A stretch of DNA of 34,706 bases. Source: a virus. Both the position numbers and the translations under genes were made by a program. The stretch spans positions 1-34,706 of IMG/VR virus record IMGVR_UViG_3300033127_000099. One strand, given 5' to 3'. Below are positions 1 to 6,314 of this stretch, in pieces (the stretch's first letter is position 1; every line of letters starts with the position of its first letter). The notes under the pieces are model-generated. The model had not been told where the DNA came from and searched no databases. It saw only the letters and a program-made list of their open reading frames with translations.

Positions 1-55
1 ATCTAAGAGTATAAGTGGACGTCGGAAAAAATACCGTATTTCCAGACTATGTAGC
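1..55. repeat. Direct terminal repeat, left copy (identical to 34652-34706); marks a circularly closed or terminally redundant genome of about 34,651 bp
   Basis: Base-by-base comparison: atctaagagtataagtggacgtcggaaaaaataccgtatttccagactatgtagc occurs at 1-55 and again at 34652-34706. Confidence 0.95.
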
Positions 56-248
56 CGAGGAGACCCCCGAGTCTCTTCGGCTTGCTATGTTTGAAAACAA
101 CGTTAAGTACGGCGTCCAGTTCGTATATTCCAACATTCAGTTTGTCGACGGCCTTTGGTATGCGTGGTTCCACGTAGAGGTCGATAACGAGCAGCTTTTT
201 GATCTCATCGAAAACAACACACAAACCAGCGTAAAGAAGGAAGAGTAG
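15..248 (+). CDS. Hypothetical small protein directly downstream of the major capsid gene (GTG start)
   Basis: 77-aa ORF on the same strand. It fills the gap between the capsid stop (4-6 in circular numbering) and the next gene. No motif recognised. Confidence 0.45.
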   Translation: MDVGKNTVFPDYVAEETPESLRLAMFENNVKYGVQFVYSNIQFVDGLWYAWFHVEVDNEQLFDLIENNTQTSVKKEE

Positions 249-656
249 ATGGCAATACCTTGCTCCGAAAAAGACAGGAATTTGCAAAGTTACGCTGAAA
301 ACTGTGATGGCGATGTAGCCAGAAGAGTCTATGACCCTTGTGTTGAAAGAGCTATTCAAAATCTAGACCCGTCTTCAGGTGGGTCGCCAAAAACAAAAAC
401 AATATTCAATGAAATAATAGCTGTAGCCGATACAGAGCAAAGCATAGTTTTGCCCACTAGCATTTGCGGTTATTTCATTAGAACTAGAGGAAAAGGAACA
501 TTAAAAATTTCTCACAACTCTGGAGAGAGCGGTACTTTATACCAGGAGATACCCTCGAATGCTTCGTTTACGGATAATAATGCGTACTCGAATTTAACTT
601 TATATTTTCAATCTCCTAATGTGGGTGAGGTGGTTGAAGTTGTAACATGGACATAG
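249..656 (+). CDS. Hypothetical virion-module protein, possible paralogue of 667..1128
   Basis: RBS AAGGAAGAG just upstream of the ATG. The C-terminal half aligns by eye with the next ORF (CG..I...G ... IP...SF ... QS..G..V). Confidence 0.5.
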   Translation: MAIPCSEKDRNLQSYAENCDGDVARRVYDPCVERAIQNLDPSSGGSPKTKTIFNEIIAVADTEQSIVLPTSICGYFIRTRGKGTLKISHNSGESGTLYQEIPSNASFTDNNAYSNLTLYFQSPNVGEVVEVVTWT

Positions 657-666
657 GAGGTTTTAT

Positions 667-1128
667 ATGTCTTCAGGTTTAAGTCTTTACGAAGTTTGTC
701 TAGACGCTTCAACTTCAAACATTGCAATTAGCGATGGAACAAATACAGCTGGAGTTGACGCTAACGGCGCTCTTTGTACCAAGATTCAAGATAGCAACGG
801 TGATGTACTAGCGATTAATGCAGACGGATCACTTAATGTTGTTAGTGCTTCTACGCCAAAGCTTTCTGCTATGCAGACCACAGATGTAGATGTGACTACA
901 ACAGCCGCCGAGGTTGTCGCTACACCTTTAGCTGGTCGTTGTGGTGTTATCATTCAAAATATTGGCAACCAGCCTGTTTATTTAGGTGAAGATGCCACTG
1001 TAACAGCTGCTACTGGTATTTGTATTCCAGGTAAATCGTCTTTCCAATATGATTTTGGAGATGCGGTTGACTTGTTTTTGATTGCTCAAAGTGGCACTCA
1101 AGATGTTAGGATTTTAGAGGTTGCGTAA
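667..1128 (+). CDS. Hypothetical virion-module protein (possible head decoration or small beta-sandwich protein)
   Basis: Strong RBS (GGAGG, 6 nt spacer). 153 aa, rich in Thr, Ala and Val. Followed immediately by a GC-rich hairpin. Confidence 0.55.
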   Translation: MSSGLSLYEVCLDASTSNIAISDGTNTAGVDANGALCTKIQDSNGDVLAINADGSLNVVSASTPKLSAMQTTDVDVTTTAAEVVATPLAGRCGVIIQNIGNQPVYLGEDATVTAATGICIPGKSSFQYDFGDAVDLFLIAQSGTQDVRILEVA

Positions 1129-1318
1129 AATAAACGAGCGGGGTCTGCACGCAGGCCTCGTTAAAATATTAGAAGGCGGAACATACGAGGTTAAGGGCTC
1201 GGAAGTGGAACTTTTTTCAAGCATACTTCATTGGGTTAAAGTAGATTTGAAAAAGCTTCTAGATGATAAGAACAAACCTAAGCTGGGAAAAGAAGTTATT
1301 CAAAAGGATAATAAATGA
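1121..1318 (+). CDS. Doubtful 65-aa ORF (TTG start) spanning the hairpin
   Basis: The only open frame in the 1129-1314 gap. It has no ATG and a weak RBS, and contains the hairpin at 1137-1162. Confidence 0.3.
   Translation: MRKINERGLHAGLVKILEGGTYEVKGSEVELFSSILHWVKVDLKKLLDDKNKPKLGKEVIQKDNK
1137..1162. other. GC-rich RNA hairpin (11-bp stem including 3 G-U pairs, CACG tetraloop) just after the stop of 667..1128
   Basis: AGCGGGGTCTG (1137-1147) pairs with CAGGCCTCGTT (1152-1162). On the + strand no U-run follows. On the - strand it is followed by TTTATTTTA. Confidence 0.45.
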
Positions 1319-2175
1319 GCGGTGGGATTACATTAGATAGTACAGATGGCGCAACCCAGATCGAAGGGGCCGACGGAACGCTAGCAGATGTTGTTACAGG
1401 TGGCGACGGAGTAAAAAGGCTGCAAGTTGAGGTTCTTAGTAATGGTGGTGGCGGAGGCGCAGATCAGCTAGTTAAAGTATCAGACAATGATGCAATGGCA
1501 GCTTTTTTATTAGATAAATTAGCGGCAGGATCTAATGTCACTCTCACAGAAGTCAATGATGGCGGAAATGAGACTTTAAGAATAGATGTTTCAGGGGGCT
1601 CTACCGACGAGTTAGTAAAAGTTTCGGCTAACGATACAACACCAAACTTTTTGCTTTCTAAACTTGTCGCCGGAACTAACATTACGATAACAGAAAACAA
1701 TGATGGCGGGAATGAAACTATAACTATCAGTGGTCCAGGTGGCGGATCTTCATCATTTAAAGATTTCGCTTCAGACGCAACTGGGTTAATTAATAACACA
1801 ACAACCTTATCTCAATATTTAAGGTTAAGCGTAACAGTTCCTAGCACTACTAATTACAAAATAGGCGTTTCTTATACTTGGTCTTTAAACGATGGGGCTC
1901 AAGACTTGAGAGCTCAAGTAGAGATAGACGACACTAATGTTATTATAGAGCATCAACAAGAGCCCAAAGATACAGCTGGGACAGGAATTACGCTACCGTT
2001 AGTTGGTGGCGGGACAGGTAACACTGGGACCAACCAACGTCATTTAGCGTCTGGATTTGAGGTTGTTCAGTTGTCAGCTGGAGAACACACAATAGATTTA
2101 GACTTCGCTGGATCTGCAGCAAATGACTTCGCTGCCATTTATAGAGCTTGTTTAACAATTGAGGAATGGTCATGA
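1315..2175 (+). CDS. Fibre-like protein with two tandem ~46-aa repeats (VKVSxND....FLL.KL.AG.N.T.TE.NDGGNET..I)
   Basis: Repeat 1 is at nt 1462-1599 and repeat 2 at nt 1606-1743, with about 29/46 identical residues by hand alignment. Gly-rich linkers. The motif resembles ones I recall from phage fibre proteins. Confidence 0.6.
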   Translation: MSGGITLDSTDGATQIEGADGTLADVVTGGDGVKRLQVEVLSNGGGGGADQLVKVSDNDAMAAFLLDKLAAGSNVTLTEVNDGGNETLRIDVSGGSTDELVKVSANDTTPNFLLSKLVAGTNITITENNDGGNETITISGPGGGSSSFKDFASDATGLINNTTTLSQYLRLSVTVPSTTNYKIGVSYTWSLNDGAQDLRAQVEIDDTNVIIEHQQEPKDTAGTGITLPLVGGGTGNTGTNQRHLASGFEVVQLSAGEHTIDLDFAGSAANDFAAIYRACLTIEEWS

Positions 2176-2786
2176 ATCTTTTAGATGAGTTTAGTATAAA
2201 TGAACTTAAAACGATGGACGTTAAAAACTTAAGGTGGTGGAACATTCTCCCTCTTCCTTGGGAGTGGTCTAGAGGTGCTAAAACAACCCGATACTATTCC
2301 GTTGCAGCGAGTACAGCTGCAGATCAGAGGCGTGTTAAAATTGAGTGGAATTACACAATGGATTCTGAAAACAGATACATTGTAACCCCCACTCGTTATA
2401 TTTACTTCTACGACGTAGATGGATCATCGGTTATTTTGAGCGGAGATATATCCAAGCCTTTCAACTCGAAAAAAATGGGTGAATTAAATAGAGATGTTCG
2501 CATTGGTCGAGTGACAGATCTTAGGGAAAACGCAAAGGGTGTCCCAGGGGACCCAGCTAATGGAATCCCAAGTGGCCAACAAATCGTAGACATGGTTTAT
2601 GATTGGTATGGAGATTTGATTATTCAGTATGAAGACCAAGGTAATATAGGTTTTGAACAGGCCTTAAAAAATGAAACTGATCCCACAAGATTAGCAGTTT
2701 TAGGGGCTCCTATAGCAGATTTCCAAGGGTTAAGCCTTATGCAGTTATTAAGTTTTCAGCTTGTAGGGAGTTACGTACTACCATGA
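2172..2786 (+). CDS. Hypothetical structural-module protein (start 2172 ATGA overlap, or 2166)
   Basis: The ATG at 2172 overlaps the upstream TGA, with GAGGAA 5 nt upstream. About 204 aa, no motif recognised. Confidence 0.5.
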   Translation: MNLLDEFSINELKTMDVKNLRWWNILPLPWEWSRGAKTTRYYSVAASTAADQRRVKIEWNYTMDSENRYIVTPTRYIYFYDVDGSSVILSGDISKPFNSKKMGELNRDVRIGRVTDLRENAKGVPGDPANGIPSGQQIVDMVYDWYGDLIIQYEDQGNIGFEQALKNETDPTRLAVLGAPIADFQGLSLMQLLSFQLVGSYVLP

Positions 2787-3124
2787 GTAAGATTTTTCTT
2801 TTCATTCTTATTATTATCGACAAAGTGGCAAATGTTATTCTTTTGGGAAGCCCCCACAAGACAATTTCAATGCGTTTAGCTTTTGCCATTCACTGCAAAT
2901 ACGTAAAGCCTCGTTATAGGTGGGTTGTTCCTTTTGGAAAGTTCGTGGATATATTGTTTCATAATAAGTACTATAGTCTAGAAGAGAAGCATATTTGGAA
3001 GAACTACGAAGCTGAAGAAATCTTGTCGGCAGCTCTTTGGGATTGGTTTGTGATCACAGATGAAAAGGGTTATGCTAGTCTAGAAAACGAGATGCGTAAA
3101 GCCAGGTTTATGGGGAGAGTTTAA
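2783..3124 (+). CDS. Hypothetical small protein with hydrophobic N-terminus
   Basis: 113 aa. The N-terminal IFLFILIIIDKVANVILLG looks like a membrane or hydrophobic segment. The ORF overlaps the stop and start of its neighbours. Confidence 0.45.
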   Translation: MSKIFLFILIIIDKVANVILLGSPHKTISMRLAFAIHCKYVKPRYRWVVPFGKFVDILFHNKYYSLEEKHIWKNYEAEEILSAALWDWFVITDEKGYASLENEMRKARFMGRV

Positions 3125-4350
3125 TGGCAATATTTGGTCAGCTATCTGTAGATAAAACAGCTCAGCTTTGCGATTGTGTGAGAATAGATGCTAGCAGGTC
3201 TTTGGTTTCAAAGCCCGACGATTTAAGTAGTGTAGATAAAGTCGAAATCGCACCAGATGGATTTAATTACATTGAGATAAAAGCTAGTGGTGAGACTCTT
3301 GCTCAGAAGGAATGGTATCTCGATCATGTTTATGAGACTACTAGCTTCGAGGTTCCAGAAGATAATTCCGACACGAGTGCTACAAATTTTTCACTTTTAA
3401 CAACAACATTAGATAGACAAGCTCAGTCATGGAGGGCTTCAGTTGCAGCTCCTATCACGTATTATGAAACAAATATTGAGATCGGAAGCGGTACGCCGAC
3501 TGGAACAGTTGTTGTGGATCTTATTGATGGCCTGCCTTCTAGCCCTGGTGCTATTCTCGCCACATCTAGTGCCATTAATTTTTCAGATTTGCCAGCTAGT
3601 AACACAGAATTAACACGCTTTGAATTCTCAACTCAAGTCACCCCCACTGTCGGGAATGATTATCATTTCGCTCTTAGGCTCGACAGCACAGACACTTTAG
3701 GGACACTTCGAGTAAGCTATCCAGCGGGCAACACCTATGATGACGGCCAGAGATGGGTGTCTTCAGACAGTGGCGTCTCTTACACTGCACAATCAAATGA
3801 CCTTAGTTTCATTGTAGGGCAGTTGGTAGAAGCCACGGATGGCGTTGTTAGCCCTGCGGTGAGAATTACGGCCACGGACGGCCGTATTATTAGTAAGTCC
3901 GCTCAGATTTGTTTAATGACTGAAGAAGAAGATAAGCTCTTTAGTTGTGACCAGGATCTGCGAGTTCACGAGCAAGATATTCTCAAGATGCTACCCGATG
4001 GATACTGTAACTGGAACCATATGCATAGGCGTGCTCAAAAGCTAATTTTAGAGTGGTTTGATGACAATGGTTACACGGTTAAGTGTGGGGACAAGCTTAC
4101 AAAAGAAAACGTTTTGGTTAAGTCTGAGTTAAGAGACTGGTCGACTTACTACACTCTACAACTCATATTTGAATCTCAATCGAACTCTCTTGACGATGTA
4201 TTTAGAGATAAAGCACGTCACTATGAAGGCTTAGCAGGTCTTTCTCGCCACCAATATCATAGAGGTATTGACTGGAATGGCAGTGGGGAGATTGAGAAGG
4301 GTGAAGAAAAGACCCACGAAATATCTAGCACGAGGTTAATCAGAAGATGA
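3124..4350 (+). CDS. Hypothetical 408-aa virion protein (connector region)
   Basis: TAATG overlap with the upstream gene, RBS GGAGAG. It lies between the capsid and tail modules. No motif recognised. Confidence 0.5.
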   Translation: MAIFGQLSVDKTAQLCDCVRIDASRSLVSKPDDLSSVDKVEIAPDGFNYIEIKASGETLAQKEWYLDHVYETTSFEVPEDNSDTSATNFSLLTTTLDRQAQSWRASVAAPITYYETNIEIGSGTPTGTVVVDLIDGLPSSPGAILATSSAINFSDLPASNTELTRFEFSTQVTPTVGNDYHFALRLDSTDTLGTLRVSYPAGNTYDDGQRWVSSDSGVSYTAQSNDLSFIVGQLVEATDGVVSPAVRITATDGRIISKSAQICLMTEEEDKLFSCDQDLRVHEQDILKMLPDGYCNWNHMHRRAQKLILEWFDDNGYTVKCGDKLTKENVLVKSELRDWSTYYTLQLIFESQSNSLDDVFRDKARHYEGLAGLSRHQYHRGIDWNGSGEIEKGEEKTHEISSTRLIRR

Positions 4351-4784
4351 GCCTAACTAAAGTCATTCCATATGTTCGAGACAAAATGACGTTGCTTGGA
4401 TTTGAAGAGTGGGAAGACGAATTTAATATTGATAACATTCCTAGAAGCCAACTTGACAAGACATATCACTTGGAAATCGGTTTGATAGACGGATCTGAAG
4501 CCAGTCACACTTGCTTTGATTTCGATTTCCCTTTGATTATGACTGTTCACTCGTGCCTGACTGGACCACAAGGTTCATCTAAGGCCGCTGAAGAAATGTT
4601 GGAACTCACAGATAGGATACTTTGCTCGGTGTTAGCACTTGAAGACAGGTATTCTCAAGAGGGCTTTTTAAAGATAACGCCAACTTCCGTTGATTTTGAG
4701 CCGTTATCGAGTTCCAATGACAATGTGATTAGAGTTAAAATACAATTCGGTGTGCGAATAAAAGAGGAATATCGAACAACATAA
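4347..4784 (+). CDS. Head-tail joining or tail terminator-like protein (position-based call only)
   Basis: 145 aa, ATGA overlap with the upstream gene. It is the last gene before the major tail protein, the usual place for a tail terminator or completion protein. Confidence 0.35.
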   Translation: MSLTKVIPYVRDKMTLLGFEEWEDEFNIDNIPRSQLDKTYHLEIGLIDGSEASHTCFDFDFPLIMTVHSCLTGPQGSSKAAEEMLELTDRILCSVLALEDRYSQEGFLKITPTSVDFEPLSSSNDNVIRVKIQFGVRIKEEYRTT

Positions 4785-4851
4785 AGACAGATAAAATGGA
4801 ATTAGGTGTGCAAGGACGTCGCATCTGTCTTGAACCAAGGAGAGGTTTTTT

Positions 4852-5739
4852 ATGGCTACAAATAGAGCCGCTAATATTAAAATTTCACCAGTCGATGTAA
4901 CTTGGGAGATTGAAGAAAAGTTCTGTTTAGACGTTGCAGGCGTAAGTGCTGCTTCTCTTAATGGGGTTAGCTTTAACTTTTCAGATGCATCAACTGAGTA
5001 CTATGCCTGGTTTAACTTAGATGCAGGTTCCACTGACCCAGCTACAGCTGGTCGTACAGGAATTGAAATCGCAGTTACCACTGGTGATAGTGAAGCCGTA
5101 ATGATTGCCGCTATCGAAGCTGCAATTGAAGGTGCAACAACTTATGAAGGTGTCGTGGATGGATCATCTGCCGCTTTCGTTCTAGATACTACAGACGTAG
5201 TTGTATCGGCTCCAGCCGATGTTAACTCAGGTGTTGAGATCACTCGTGTAAACACTGGTGCTTCTACATACCTCGGTCTTTTAGATGGAACTGTTGAGCC
5301 TAACTTTGAAGAAACAACTAAAGAGATCACAGCTCACCAGTTTGGAACAAGTATCCTAACTGAGTTGAGACAAGGTAACTCTGCCGATGTTTCACTCGCT
5401 CTTAAAGAGTGCACTAACGATATTTACAAGAATATTGTTCTAGCTGGTGGTGGCACGTTCACTCCAACTGGTGGCACTGAGCTTTATGGGTGGGGTGACA
5501 ACAAACAAGGTAAAAATACCATTGTTGATTCTCGTAGGCTTCGTCTGCACCCAGTTAATGAGGCGACTAACGTTAGAGACCTAACTTTCTGGTTAGCGTA
5601 CCCTAAGTTAAGCAGCATTGTTTACTCTGGTGAAGATGAGCAAATGATGAATATTGATTTTACAACATACCTTGATGAAACAAAGCCAGCTGGAATCAAA
5701 CGATTCGCTATTGGCGATGCTTCACAAGACCTAGTCTAA
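4852..5739 (+). CDS. Major tail (tube) protein
   Basis: Very strong RBS (AAGGAGAGG). 295 aa. It sits immediately upstream of the G/G-T chaperone pair and tape measure, the canonical siphovirus order. Confidence 0.65.
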   Translation: MATNRAANIKISPVDVTWEIEEKFCLDVAGVSAASLNGVSFNFSDASTEYYAWFNLDAGSTDPATAGRTGIEIAVTTGDSEAVMIAAIEAAIEGATTYEGVVDGSSAAFVLDTTDVVVSAPADVNSGVEITRVNTGASTYLGLLDGTVEPNFEETTKEITAHQFGTSILTELRQGNSADVSLALKECTNDIYKNIVLAGGGTFTPTGGTELYGWGDNKQGKNTIVDSRRLRLHPVNEATNVRDLTFWLAYPKLSSIVYSGEDEQMMNIDFTTYLDETKPAGIKRFAIGDASQDLV

Positions 5740-5763
5740 GTAAAAAACAAAACGGAGGAATAA

Positions 5764-6012
5764 ATGCAAGAGATTAGTTTAGATGCAGAACAAACGTTCG
5801 ATGTGAAGATTAAAGGCATCCAGTTTAAGGTTAAAGAGCCAATGCTCATGGACCTACAAGAATCGGAGCAAGATGATAAGAAAATCACTCGAACAATTGA
5901 GTTGTTAAAAAATATGGGAGTTCCTGACGACCTTCTTAAACAGCTAACAGCTTCCCAAACGGGAGATGTATGTAAGCAACTCCTTGGATTGTTCCAAGAA
6001 AAAAAGCAGTAA
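5764..6012 (+). CDS. Tail assembly chaperone, G-like short product
   Basis: 82-aa acidic protein with RBS ACGGAGGA, between the major tail protein and the tape measure. It ends right after an A_AAA_AAG slippery site. Confidence 0.7.
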   Translation: MQEISLDAEQTFDVKIKGIQFKVKEPMLMDLQESEQDDKKITRTIELLKNMGVPDDLLKQLTASQTGDVCKQLLGLFQEKKQ

Positions 6013-6314
6013 ACTCACTAGCCTTCTTAAAGGCGAGGCTAGTGCGTTTTTACGGTTTTAGTAGAAGAGATATAAACACAATGGGTCTCGGTGAGGCCTG
6101 GGATTATTACCTAAGCATGGGAATGATCGAATGTAGAGAGGATTTGCTAGCGACAAACGTGTCGGGTTTCCCGCACAAGAAACAAGCTAAGCAGAGAGAG
6201 TATACGACTAAACTTAATCAAGGGATGCAACGCTACCTTGAGAAAGAAACGAAGGAAATGACTACAGAGGACATTTACTTCGACCTGATAAGGAAGTTAG
6301 GGAATGGCGGATGA
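5764..6314 (+). CDS. Tail assembly chaperone G-T fusion made by programmed -1 frameshift at 6000-6006 (about 183 aa predicted)
   Basis: The -1 frame is open from 5976 to 6314 and contains the track ORF 6042..6314. The slippery heptamer and a downstream hairpin are in place. Confidence 0.6.
6000..6051 (+). promoter_or_regulatory. Programmed -1 ribosomal frameshift signal: A_AAA_AAG (6000-6006) plus a 9-bp hairpin (6016-6024 / 6036-6044) followed by TTTTT
   Basis: Zero-frame codons are GAA AAA AAG CAG TAA. CACTAGCCT and AGGCTAGTG are perfect complements, 9 nt downstream of the heptamer. The U-run at 6047-6051 means the hairpin could also act as a partial terminator. Confidence 0.6.

Noticed and set aside
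3-359. 118-aa ORF on the - strand at the left end
   Set aside because: It is antisense to two well-supported + strand genes (15..248 and 249..656) and has no RBS. It crosses the terminal repeat and is most likely a shadow ORF.
1464-1799. 111-aa - strand ORF inside 1315..2175
   Set aside because: It is antisense to the tandem-repeat region. Its own internal repetition simply mirrors the sense-strand repeats.
6016-6051. Hairpin plus T-run read simply as the terminator of the major tail operon
   Set aside because: It is not fully rejected. However, its position 9 nt after an A_AAA_AAG heptamer, with an open -1 frame, makes a frameshift-stimulating role the primary reading, and termination may be secondary.
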